From an uncultured Acidimicrobiaceae bacterium (GTDB taxonomy: Bacteria; Actinomycetota; Acidimicrobiia; Actinomarinales; Actinomarinaceae): a DNA stretch of 54,036 bases. The DNA lies in NCBI GenBank assembly GCA_964016255.1, contig CAXHFF010000001.1, positions 1 to 54,036 of the forward strand. Reading direction: 5' to 3'. Positions 7,823 through 16,941 of this stretch are shown here, in pieces. Position 1 is the stretch's first letter, and each line of letters begins with the position of its first letter. The notes beneath the pieces were generated by a model that was not told where the DNA came from, searched no databases, and saw nothing but the letters and a program-made list of their open reading frames with translations. A program made the position numbers and the translations under genes.

Positions 7823-8360
7823 CAATGCAGAGTTTATAGAATCCCTCTCCTCAAAATTTCCAAATTTAGAAAACAATTTTGACACACTAAAAATAAAAGT
7901 CAAGACATCTGATTGGACAAGTACAGCCTCGCAGCTTAAAGATGAATTCAATCTCACATACTTTTCTTGGCTTAGTGCTATTGACTGGGAAAATGAAGTT
8001 TCCGTAGGGGACCCTCCAAAAGAACCTATATCACCTTGTTTTGAAGTAATATTTTGTTTATCGGATTCAATTGATGGAAATGTTGTTCTCGTCTCTACAG
8101 ATATTGAGAAAGACAATGCAACTATTCCTTCCTTGGTCGAGGTCTTTGCAGGTTCTAATTGGCATGAACGTGAGGCATATGAAATGTTTGGTATTGAATT
8201 CAGTGATCATCCAAATCTTGAAAAAATGTATCTTCCAGACGATTATGAAGGAAATCCCATGCTTAAATCATTTGAATTAATTAGTAGAGAGGTAAAACCC
8301 TGGCCTGGGGAAGTTGATGTGGAGGGAATGCCAGAAGACGGATCAGAGGGAGGTAGTTAA
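7809..8360 (+). CDS. nuoC: NADH-quinone oxidoreductase subunit C
   Basis: 183 aa. [22 protein letters not shown] is the 30-kDa subunit signature. Position between nuoB and nuoD. Confidence 0.9.
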   Translation: MNLSNNAEFIESLSSKFPNLENNFDTLKIKVKTSDWTSTASQLKDEFNLTYFSWLSAIDWENEVSVGDPPKEPISPCFEVIFCLSDSIDGNVVLVSTDIEKDNATIPSLVEVFAGSNWHEREAYEMFGIEFSDHPNLEKMYLPDDYEGNPMLKSFELISREVKPWPGEVDVEGMPEDGSEGGS

Positions 8361-8361
8361 G

Positions 8362-9558
8362 ATGGATGATATTTTAAACGCTGGTAATATCCCTTATGTC
8401 TCAGAGGCATCAGTTTCAGTTGAAATAGAAACTGAAGATATGACTTTAAACATAGGCCCGCAGCACCCCTCAACACATGGTGTTTTAAGGTTAGTAGCAA
8501 AAGTAGATGGAGAAAAAATTTCAAGTGTTGAGCCGGTATTGGGTTATATGCATAGAGGGTATGAAAAACTTGCAGAGGTTAGGACGTACCCACAAATAAC
8601 AACACTGGTAAATAGAATTGACTGGGTTTCAGGTTTTGCCAATGAGATACCTTTTATTGCTGCAACAGAAAAATTAATGGAAATAGAAGCACCAGAAAGA
8701 GCAAAGCACATTAGATTAATCCTCACTGAAATGGCAAGAATAGCATCCCATTTTGTATTCAACGGTGCTTATGCACTTGAAATAGGTGCATTGACTCCAA
8801 TATTTCTTGCAATGGAAGATAGGGAGAGAATTCTCGACCTAATTGAATCAGTGACAGGTGGTAGATTTCATCCAAACTTTAATAGGATTGGTGGCATAAA
8901 ACCAGCTGCAGGTGCAGGGCCAACAACTAAGAAAAATATACAAGATTTACCAGCTGGATTTTATCAAGAAACTAGAGACGCAATGGAGAAAGTTCTTGAA
9001 GCTGTTGAAAGAATGGAAGATTTAGTTGGAGGTAATGAGGTCTTTAAAGTCAGAACTAAGGGAGTGGGAATTATATCTAAAGAACTTGCTGAAGAGTACG
9101 GAGTTTCTGGTCCAATACTAAGAGCCTCAGGTGTAAAGTTTGACTTAAGAACACAGACTGATTTCTTACCTTATGACAAATTTGACTATGAAATTCCTGT
9201 AGGAGAAAATGGCGATTGTTATGATCGTTGGTATGTTCGATTAATGGAGATGAAAGAGTCGGCAAAAATCATACTCCAGGCAATTGACTCTATGCCAAGT
9301 GGACCTCTACAAACAAAAGTTCCTAAGGTCATAAAAGTTCCAAAGGGTCAGTCTTATGTAAGAACTGAAAATCCAAAAGGTGAAATGGGATTCTATGTTA
9401 TTTCTGAAGGTGGACTTGGACCTTATAGGCTTAAAATTAGGACACCGTCCTTTAGTAACATATCAATCCTTCCTGTATTACTTGAAGATCAGTTGTTACC
9501 CGATTTAATTGCCATTATGGGAAGTTTAGATTTTGTTTTAGGAGATGTTGATAGATGA
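8362..9558 (+). CDS. nuoD: NADH-quinone oxidoreductase subunit D
   Basis: NIGPQHPSTHGVLRL and C-terminal SLDFVLGDVDR signatures. Start moved from the ORF-track 8314 to ATG 8362: GGAGG at 8349-8353, and nuoC stops at 8360. Confidence 0.93.
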   Translation: MDDILNAGNIPYVSEASVSVEIETEDMTLNIGPQHPSTHGVLRLVAKVDGEKISSVEPVLGYMHRGYEKLAEVRTYPQITTLVNRIDWVSGFANEIPFIAATEKLMEIEAPERAKHIRLILTEMARIASHFVFNGAYALEIGALTPIFLAMEDRERILDLIESVTGGRFHPNFNRIGGIKPAAGAGPTTKKNIQDLPAGFYQETRDAMEKVLEAVERMEDLVGGNEVFKVRTKGVGIISKELAEEYGVSGPILRASGVKFDLRTQTDFLPYDKFDYEIPVGENGDCYDRWYVRLMEMKESAKIILQAIDSMPSGPLQTKVPKVIKVPKGQSYVRTENPKGEMGFYVISEGGLGPYRLKIRTPSFSNISILPVLLEDQLLPDLIAIMGSLDFVLGDVDR

Positions 9559-10535
9559 TTGATGTATCTCAAGTAATGGTAACAGCAGGTATTGTCCTAG
9601 CTTTTGCTTTAAATGGGGCAGTCATATTTACAATTCTTGATGTTAAAGGCGCTTCATGGATGCAAAGACGACCTGGACCTCTTCATGTTGGCCTAAGAGG
9701 ATTTATTTTTCCATTAGCTGAAATAATTAAATTTTTTCAGAAAGAAGACATAACACCTACAAATGTTGATTCAGCAGTATTTAAGTGGGCACCGGCATAT
9801 GTCCTTGCTTCTGTTTTCGGCTTATTTGTTGTTGTGCCAATCAGTCCAACTTTGGTTGGTAGTGATTTAGACTTAGGAGTTTTTTACTTATTGGCTATAA
9901 GTTCCTTATCAACACTAGGCGTTCTTACTGCCGGATGGTCATCTGCAAACAAATACTCATTAATGGGTGGGATACGTGCTGCAGGACAGTTAATTGCCTA
10001 TGAACTTCCATTAATTCTTGCAGTTGTTGGCGTTGTAATCCAAGCTGAAACAATGTCTCTTGTGGGAATAGTGGAAAAACAGATAGAGTTTGGACTTCCA
10101 TTTGTACTTTCTGGACAGGGTTTAGCTTTCTTAATATTTATGATTGCTGCGACAGCTGAAATGATGAGAGTTCCATTTGATATGCCAATAGGTGAATCTG
10201 AACTTGTTAGTGGATTTTTAACAGAGTATTCCGGAGTAAGATTCCTAATTTTTTATATAGCCGAATACATGAACATGTTTATTCTATGTGCTGTAGCTTC
10301 TACATTGTTTTTAGGTGGATATCATGTGCCTCTCTTGCCGGTAGAGTGGGTTAATTTTTATGGACCAGTTGTATTAATAACTAAAACAGTTTTTCTTGGT
10401 TTTATTCTAGTTTTAGTCAGGTGGTCTTTCCCAAGATTTAGAGAAGATCAACTTCAAAATTTAGCATGGAAAGTATTAATTCCTCTTGCTCTCCTTAATA
10501 TATTGATAACATCCATAATGAAAGTTGTATTTTAA
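9555..10535 (+). CDS. nuoH: NADH-quinone oxidoreductase subunit H
   Basis: 326 aa, about 8 TM. TEYSGVRFLIFYIAEYMNM is the ND1/NuoH signature. The ATG overlaps the nuoD TGA (ATGA). Confidence 0.93.
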   Translation: MIDVSQVMVTAGIVLAFALNGAVIFTILDVKGASWMQRRPGPLHVGLRGFIFPLAEIIKFFQKEDITPTNVDSAVFKWAPAYVLASVFGLFVVVPISPTLVGSDLDLGVFYLLAISSLSTLGVLTAGWSSANKYSLMGGIRAAGQLIAYELPLILAVVGVVIQAETMSLVGIVEKQIEFGLPFVLSGQGLAFLIFMIAATAEMMRVPFDMPIGESELVSGFLTEYSGVRFLIFYIAEYMNMFILCAVASTLFLGGYHVPLLPVEWVNFYGPVVLITKTVFLGFILVLVRWSFPRFREDQLQNLAWKVLIPLALLNILITSIMKVVF

Positions 10536-11021
10536 ATGAAAAAATTTAGACCTAAATTACCTGGTTTTTTGACAGGAATGAAAATTCTTCTATTTAATAT
10601 GATCAAGACGCTTTCCCCCCTAAGTCCAAATCCAAATGTTAACTATCCATTTGAAAAAGAAATTGTCGCCCCAAGAGCAAGGGGAGTTATTGCCCTTGAT
10701 CAGGACGCCTGTACTAGTTGTATGCTTTGTGCAAGACAGTGCCCAGACTGGTGTATTTACATAGAAGGCCATAAAGAATTACAACCTCCTACAAAACCTG
10801 GAGGTAGACAACGAAGTAGAGCGGTTCTCGATAGGTTTGATATAGACTACGCTTTATGCATGTATTGTGGGATTTGCGTTGAAGTTTGTCCTTTTGATGC
10901 ATTGTTTTGGACACCGGAATATGAATATTCAGAATACAATATGGGAGACATGCTTCATGATAAAACAAGACTTGATCAATGGTTAAATACAGTACCTGAA
11001 GTCGAAGGTTTAGAGAGTTAA
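10536..11021 (+). CDS. nuoI: NADH-quinone oxidoreductase subunit I (2x[4Fe-4S])
   Basis: 161 aa. Two ferredoxin motifs, CTSCMLCARQCP and CMYCGICVEVCP. Confidence 0.93.
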   Translation: MKKFRPKLPGFLTGMKILLFNMIKTLSPLSPNPNVNYPFEKEIVAPRARGVIALDQDACTSCMLCARQCPDWCIYIEGHKELQPPTKPGGRQRSRAVLDRFDIDYALCMYCGICVEVCPFDALFWTPEYEYSEYNMGDMLHDKTRLDQWLNTVPEVEGLES

Positions 11022-11022
11022 A

Positions 11023-11541
11023 ATGGAAGCACTTGACATCATCAGTTATTTTTTACTATTGGGTCTCTTACTGGTTGCTGTCAAAGTTGTAACAACCTCT
11101 AATGTAATTCATGCCGCAATTTCACTAGTTTTTACTCTAGCCATAACAGCAGGTACATTTTTATTACTATCTGCTGAATTTGTTGCACTCGTGATTGTCC
11201 TTGTATACATAGGTGCTGTAATTGTTCTTTTTCTATTTGGAATAATGATTACAAGAGCACCATTAGGACAAAATGCTGAGTTGGACAATGAAAAAAATAA
11301 AACCATGGCATTCATAGTATCCTTGTCAATTTTTGGAATTTTCTCTTACGTCATGTTGAACACCTTTGATGCTCAAATAACGGTAACATCTGGAACTTCA
11401 ACTGAATTATTAGGAGAAATTTTGTTGAGTAGATTTGTGTTTCCTTTTGAAGTTGTTTCTTTCGTTCTGTTAGCGGCTCTAATTGGAGGTATCACTCTAG
11501 CAAGACAAGATAATGCCCTCATGGATGAGAACCAAATATGA
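11023..11541 (+). CDS. nuoJ: NADH-quinone oxidoreductase subunit J
   Basis: 172 aa hydrophobic protein in the conserved I-J-K position. LVYIGAVIVLFLFGIMI is typical of ND6/NuoJ. Confidence 0.85.
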   Translation: MEALDIISYFLLLGLLLVAVKVVTTSNVIHAAISLVFTLAITAGTFLLLSAEFVALVIVLVYIGAVIVLFLFGIMITRAPLGQNAELDNEKNKTMAFIVSLSIFGIFSYVMLNTFDAQITVTSGTSTELLGEILLSRFVFPFEVVSFVLLAALIGGITLARQDNALMDENQI

Positions 11542-11843
11542 GTGTTCAACCTTTCTTAATTGCTGCAGCTGGTTTGTTCTCTATTGGGATATATGGAATT
11601 TTAGTTAGAAGAAATGTTGTAATGGTTCTTTTATCTATTGAGTTAATCTTAAATGCAGTAAATATCAACTTTGTTGTTTTTGATGCCATGCTTGGAGATG
11701 CTTTATTACAGGGTCAAATTTTTACCATTTTCATAATCACTATTGCTGCAGCTGAAGTAGGTATTGGCTTAGCTATTGTTCTGATGTTGTTCAGGAACAG
11801 AAAAACTGCAAACATAAATGAATTTGATTTATTGAAATGGTAA
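11538..11843 (+). CDS. nuoK: NADH-quinone oxidoreductase subunit K
   Basis: 101 aa, 3 TM. LSIELILNAVNINFV and AAAEVGIGLAIVL are typical of ND4L/NuoK. Confidence 0.9.
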   Translation: MSVQPFLIAAAGLFSIGIYGILVRRNVVMVLLSIELILNAVNINFVVFDAMLGDALLQGQIFTIFIITIAAAEVGIGLAIVLMLFRNRKTANINEFDLLKW

Positions 11844-13855
11844 GCAGTAATTTAACCTTTTTTTTAGCTGAAGGAAAGCCCACATATACAGATGGTGGTG
11901 TCGCTGCTGAATATACTTGGATAATTGTTGTACTACCATTTTTAGCGGCTCTTTTAATTACTTTTTTAGGAAAATATCTTCCACTTCAAGGAGCTGAAAT
12001 TGCTCTTGGCACTATCGGTTTTATTTTTGCTTTTAGTTCCTACCTTCTTTATCTAAATGTTACTGAAGGAGTAGCCTCTGAATTTTTTATTAATGTTGGA
12101 AGCATCGGCTCATTCGATCTTGAATTCGGATGGGTTGTAGACGGTCTTTCAATAATGATGTATTTTGTGGTCGGCACTGTAGCTACTTTAGTCTTTATAT
12201 ACGCAACAAATTATATGAAAGGGGAGGTTAGATATACTTTTTTCTTTACATCCCTTACTTTATTTGCTGGGAGTATGTTGGTACTCGTTTCCTCACCAAC
12301 GTTATTACAACTCTTAATTGGGTGGGAGCTCGTAGGTGTTTGTTCTTATTTATTAATTGGGCACTACTGGGAAAAGAAAGAGAATTCATCTGCAGCAATG
12401 AAAGCATTTATAACTAATAAAATTGCAGATGTCGGCTTAATGATCGGAATAATCGTACTAGCTCTTTCTACGGGTACATTGAGAATAAGTGAAATTCTTT
12501 ATCAATCTACTCATGATTACGAATCCCTTAAGTCAGTCGCATATCTAGCTGGAGTTCTTTTATTTATTGGGGCAATGGGAAAAAGTGCACAGTTTCCTCT
12601 CCATGTTTGGTTACCTGACGCAATGGCAGGTCCAACACCAGTATCTGCATTAATGCATGCTGCAACAATGGTTACAGCGGGTGTGTATTTACTTGCAAGA
12701 ATGTTTCCTTTTTATGAAGGTATGGCAAGTCAAGCGTTAGACGTAGTTTTACTTTTTGGTGTTATAACTCTCTTTACTGCGGGATTAATAGCTATAGTCC
12801 AAGATGATTTAAAAAAAGTACTTGCATATTCAACCGTTAGTCAGCTTGGATACATGGTTGCAGCTATAGGTTCCGGAGCATACACTGCTGCATTATTTCA
12901 CCTCTGGACACATGCATTTTTTAAAGCATTACTTTTTCTAGGTGCCGGCTCAGTTATTCATGCTGTACACACCAATAGCATGAGGGAAATGGGTGGCCTC
13001 AGAAAAGAAATGCCTAGAACATATATAACATTTATATTAGGAACAGTTGCTCTTGCCGGACTCCCACCTCTTGCCGGTTTTTTCTCAAAAGATGAAATAC
13101 TCGCATCTTTAAACCATGGAGGGTACAGCACTTATTTCGCTATAGCTGTTGCTGGGGCATTTATAACTGCTTTCTATATGACTAGAGCTGTAGTCCTAAC
13201 CTTCTTTGGGGAGTACAGGGGTAATGGACATCCACATGAGTCTGATTCTATGATGACCACTCCTCTTGTTGTACTTGCTGGTTTTGCTGTAGTTGCAGGT
13301 TGGGTAAATATTCCAGGAATATATACAGGTTTTACAGACTGGGTAACAACAAGGAAAAATCCTATAGTAGAGTATCACCCAGAGTCATTTGACTACTTTG
13401 CTTTGAGCAGCGGGTTGCTTGCAGGTTTAGCCGGTATTGGTTTGGCCTATTATGTGTACCAAATATTGGGTAGACCTGAAGATGGCGATCAAAAGATTAA
13501 AGTTGAGCCGATATGGAATATTTTAGAAAATAAATATTACCTAGATGACTTTTATTTCAAGTTCATTATAAATCCAACAAAATCAACACTTTCAAATATA
13601 GTCGACAGGTTCAATACAAACATTTTGGATAGGACAGTAAATATGTTTGGAGTAGCGGCTACATTTTTAGGAAAAATTGTGTACGAAAAATTTGACCAGG
13701 GTGGAATTGATAGAGCATTAAATGTATCCTCGTCTTCAACTGATGCATTGGGTGCTAGAGTAAAGCTTCTTCAAACTGGAAAAGCTCAACAGTATATTAT
13801 GTACTTTTTAAGCGGAGTAATAGTAATTAGCTTATTAATTTTGTTAGTGTTATAG
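11837..13855 (+). CDS. nuoL: NADH-quinone oxidoreductase subunit L (antiporter-like)
   Basis: 672 aa. WELVGVCSYLLIGHYW and GKSAQFPLHVWLPDAMAGPTPVSALMHAATMVTAGVYL. Confidence 0.93.
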   Translation: MVSSNLTFFLAEGKPTYTDGGVAAEYTWIIVVLPFLAALLITFLGKYLPLQGAEIALGTIGFIFAFSSYLLYLNVTEGVASEFFINVGSIGSFDLEFGWVVDGLSIMMYFVVGTVATLVFIYATNYMKGEVRYTFFFTSLTLFAGSMLVLVSSPTLLQLLIGWELVGVCSYLLIGHYWEKKENSSAAMKAFITNKIADVGLMIGIIVLALSTGTLRISEILYQSTHDYESLKSVAYLAGVLLFIGAMGKSAQFPLHVWLPDAMAGPTPVSALMHAATMVTAGVYLLARMFPFYEGMASQALDVVLLFGVITLFTAGLIAIVQDDLKKVLAYSTVSQLGYMVAAIGSGAYTAALFHLWTHAFFKALLFLGAGSVIHAVHTNSMREMGGLRKEMPRTYITFILGTVALAGLPPLAGFFSKDEILASLNHGGYSTYFAIAVAGAFITAFYMTRAVVLTFFGEYRGNGHPHESDSMMTTPLVVLAGFAVVAGWVNIPGIYTGFTDWVTTRKNPIVEYHPESFDYFALSSGLLAGLAGIGLAYYVYQILGRPEDGDQKIKVEPIWNILENKYYLDDFYFKFIINPTKSTLSNIVDRFNTNILDRTVNMFGVAATFLGKIVYEKFDQGGIDRALNVSSSSTDALGARVKLLQTGKAQQYIMYFLSGVIVISLLILLVL

Positions 13856-13863
13856 GAGGAAAA

Positions 13864-15453
13864 GTGGAAATAGTAACTAATAGTTTTGAATTCTTAGAGA
13901 ATGGATTGGGCATAACCTTAGTCGTATTTTTCCCGCTAGTAAGTGCTTTAATAGTTGCATTATTGCCTAAAAAACAAGAATTACTAATTAAACTAACTGC
14001 ACTTGGTTCTTCAGTAATCACATTCATCCTAAGTGCAATTATTGCTATTCAGTTTGACTATTCTAAAGCAGAACAATTTCAGTTGGGAAGCAAACTTTCT
14101 TGGATTGAAGCTATAAATTCTAATTATGAAATTGGTATTGATGGAATATCCTTACCCCTGTTACTTCTTTCAACTTTTATAACTGTATTAGCAATAATTT
14201 ATTCTTTTGAGCACCTCCCAGAACCTAAGAGTCCAAAAGGAATGATGGCTTTAATCTTAATTCTAGAAACAGGAATGAATGGCACGTTTGTGGCATTAGA
14301 TCTAATACTATTCTTTGTATTCTTTGAGCTTGTCCTACTACCTATGTACTTCATGATTGGAATTTGGGGAGACAGAACAATGAGAACCGTTGCGGGTCTT
14401 AAAAATGAGGTTGAGACTCGTTTATATGCAAGTATTAAGTTTTTTGTTTTTACACTCTTTGGGTCAGCATTTATGTTGCTTGGCTTTTTAGGGCTTTATT
14501 TCCGGGGAGCCAAAACTTTCAGCATTCCTGAGTTAATTGAATTGGGTACAAACGGTGCTTTCACAGGTACTTTTGCAACATTAGTGTTTGCTGTATTATT
14601 TTTAGGTTTTGCAGTTAAGGTTCCAATGTGGCCTCTGCACACCTGGCTACCTGATGCACACACAGCAGCACCAACGGTTGGATCGGTGTTACTAGCTGCA
14701 ATACTTTTAAAATTGGGATCATACGGATTTGTTAGAATTGCCTTACCGATTCTTCCTGAGCAAGCTAAAGTTTGGGCACCTGCGATCGCAATATTATCAG
14801 CTATTGGTATTATTTACGGTTCTCTGGCTTGTCTTGCACAAACTGACCTAAAGAGATTGATAGCCTTTTCCTCAGTTGGGCATATGGGTTTCGTAATGCT
14901 TGGAATATCTTCATTAACTTCTATTGGGATAAATGCTGCAATGATAGGGATGGTTGCTCACGGAGTCATTACTGGATTACTCTTCTTCTTATCAGGCTCA
15001 ATGGCACATACTTATCACACCCGAGACATGGGAAGACTTGGTGGAAATATGAAACTTCTTCCAAAGACAGGAGCACTATTAGCTTTTACAGCAATGGCAT
15101 CACTAGGGCTACCTGGATTAGCAGGTTTCTGGGGTGAATTTATGGCACTATTAGGAGCATATAATCCACTGCCAGGCCTTAATGTTACAATTTTTAGAAC
15201 ATCTATGGTTGCTGGCGCAATAGGTACAGTTTTAACAGCTGGATATCTTCTCTGGATGCTTCAAAGAGTAAATTTAGGAGAGCCAAGTGATGAATGGAAA
15301 GATAAAGAACTTCACGATGCAGATGCGTATGAATTAGCCGCATGGATACCTCTTGTTATTTTAACAATACTTATTGGAGTTTTTCCTAAGTTAATTTTCG
15401 GATCTACAAATGATGCTGTAATCAGTTTGGTTACTAAAGCATTCGGAGGCTAA
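13864..15453 (+). CDS. nuoM: NADH-quinone oxidoreductase subunit M (antiporter-like)
   Basis: 529 aa. VKVPMWPLHTWLPDAHTAAPTVGSVLLAAILLKLGSYG. GTG start preceded by AGGAGGA. Confidence 0.93.
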   Translation: MEIVTNSFEFLENGLGITLVVFFPLVSALIVALLPKKQELLIKLTALGSSVITFILSAIIAIQFDYSKAEQFQLGSKLSWIEAINSNYEIGIDGISLPLLLLSTFITVLAIIYSFEHLPEPKSPKGMMALILILETGMNGTFVALDLILFFVFFELVLLPMYFMIGIWGDRTMRTVAGLKNEVETRLYASIKFFVFTLFGSAFMLLGFLGLYFRGAKTFSIPELIELGTNGAFTGTFATLVFAVLFLGFAVKVPMWPLHTWLPDAHTAAPTVGSVLLAAILLKLGSYGFVRIALPILPEQAKVWAPAIAILSAIGIIYGSLACLAQTDLKRLIAFSSVGHMGFVMLGISSLTSIGINAAMIGMVAHGVITGLLFFLSGSMAHTYHTRDMGRLGGNMKLLPKTGALLAFTAMASLGLPGLAGFWGEFMALLGAYNPLPGLNVTIFRTSMVAGAIGTVLTAGYLLWMLQRVNLGEPSDEWKDKELHDADAYELAAWIPLVILTILIGVFPKLIFGSTNDAVISLVTKAFGG

Positions 15454-15454
15454 T

Positions 15455-16936
15455 ATTTCCATTAATTACTTTGCAATCTCCAGTGAATTAATTGTTGTTT
15501 TCACTATTGTAGCAACCATATTTTTTGATCTTCTTTTACCTAGGAAGTCAAAATTTTATGTAGCATTAGTTGCTCTTTTAGGCTCGCTAGTTTCATTTAT
15601 ACCCCTAATTTTTCAATGGGTTAATTATGAAAATCCCTTAATCCTTTTTGAAGGAAGCTATGTTGTTGATAAATTTTCCATAATTTTAAAAGGACTTTTT
15701 ATTCTAGTAACCTACCTTACATTCTTACTTTCAATTAATTTTATAGAGAGTGACAGATACTACCAAGGTGAGTATTACTATCTCCTATTAAGCTCACTAC
15801 TCGGAGCATTAGTTGTTACTTCGTCAAGAGACATGCTGACACTATTTATTGGAATTGAATTAGCATCTGCCCCGATGTTTCTATTATCAGGTTGGAAAAA
15901 AGGTGATCAAAAATCTAATGAGGGAGCTATTAAATTCTTCTTATTAGGAGTATTGTCCGCTTCGCTTATTTTATATGGCTTCTCCTTGCTTTATGGACTA
16001 ACAGGAGAGCTAATCTTTTCTGAGATCTCCAAAATATTATTAGTAACTAATCTCTCAAACTCACCTGCGGCACTGTTAAGTGTTATGTTAATATTGGCCG
16101 GTATAGGGTTTAAAATTTCTGTTGTACCTTTCCATTCGTGGGCACCGGATACATATGAAGGTTCACCACTTCCTGTAACTGCATACTTGTCAGTAAGCTC
16201 AAAAGCAACGGGATTCGTAGCTTTAATGATTATTCTTACAAAAGTATTCCCTGATTCAGGTTCGAGCTGGGGAATTATTTTAGTAATAATTTCAGCACTA
16301 ACAATGTTTATAGGTAATTTATCTGCACTCCAACAATCCAATCCCGTTAGGCTCTTGGCATACTCCTCAATTGCTCAAGCTGGATTCATTTTAGCTCCAC
16401 TTGCTGTAGCTGGAATAACGGGAGATTATGCGGATGGTATTTATGCTAGTGTTACATATTTAATCATTTATGCATTTATGAATCTTGGAGCTTTCCTTGT
16501 TGTAAATGTCCTTATCAATACCAGTGGTAGCAATAATATTTATGAGTGGGGAGGACTTGCAAAGCACCAACCCTTAACTTCTGTTTTCGCAACAGTATTT
16601 TTCTTTTCACTTGCTGGTATACCACCATTAGGTGGCTGGTTTGCAAAGTTTGTAGTTTTTAGGAGTTTATTAAGTACGGGTGAAGTTTATGGGGTAGCGC
16701 TAGCAATTATTGGAGCAATCAATGCGGTAATAGGACTTGTTTTCTATGCAAGGATTTCAAAAATAATATGGATGGATTCTCCATCTGAAAATATTACAGT
16801 TAACACTAAACCTACGCTACTAGGCCCCTTAAAAGTTGTAGGCTTTATAAGTCTCGTCATCACATTTTTAGCCGGAATTTTTCCAAACATATTTTCAAAT
16901 CTTGGCAATGCTTCTGCATTATTTTTTAATAGTTAA
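15455..16936 (+). CDS. nuoN: NADH-quinone oxidoreductase subunit N, probable non-canonical ATT start
   Basis: FKISVVPFHSWAPDTYEGSPLPVTAYLSVSSKATGF. The frame is open from 15422 and encodes NuoN-like N-terminal helices upstream of the ORF-track Met at 15833. There is no ATG/GTG/TTG in that stretch. ATT at 15455 lies 5 nt after GGAGG (15445-15449). Confidence 0.8.
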   Translation: MSINYFAISSELIVVFTIVATIFFDLLLPRKSKFYVALVALLGSLVSFIPLIFQWVNYENPLILFEGSYVVDKFSIILKGLFILVTYLTFLLSINFIESDRYYQGEYYYLLLSSLLGALVVTSSRDMLTLFIGIELASAPMFLLSGWKKGDQKSNEGAIKFFLLGVLSASLILYGFSLLYGLTGELIFSEISKILLVTNLSNSPAALLSVMLILAGIGFKISVVPFHSWAPDTYEGSPLPVTAYLSVSSKATGFVALMIILTKVFPDSGSSWGIILVIISALTMFIGNLSALQQSNPVRLLAYSSIAQAGFILAPLAVAGITGDYADGIYASVTYLIIYAFMNLGAFLVVNVLINTSGSNNIYEWGGLAKHQPLTSVFATVFFFSLAGIPPLGGWFAKFVVFRSLLSTGEVYGVALAIIGAINAVIGLVFYARISKIIWMDSPSENITVNTKPTLLGPLKVVGFISLVITFLAGIFPNIFSNLGNASALFFNS

Positions 16937-16941
16937 TAAGG

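Noticed and set aside
8314-8361. Longer 5' extensions offered by the ORF track: nuoD 8314, rpmG 22170, rplJ 25662, fusA 35024, rpsJ 38376, rplF 45391, rpmD 46805
   Set aside because: The extensions overlap the upstream gene, a tRNA (rpmG) or a terminator or leader hairpin (rpsJ, rplJ). They add non-conserved residues. An internal ATG with a Shine-Dalgarno sequence gives the canonical N-terminus in each case.
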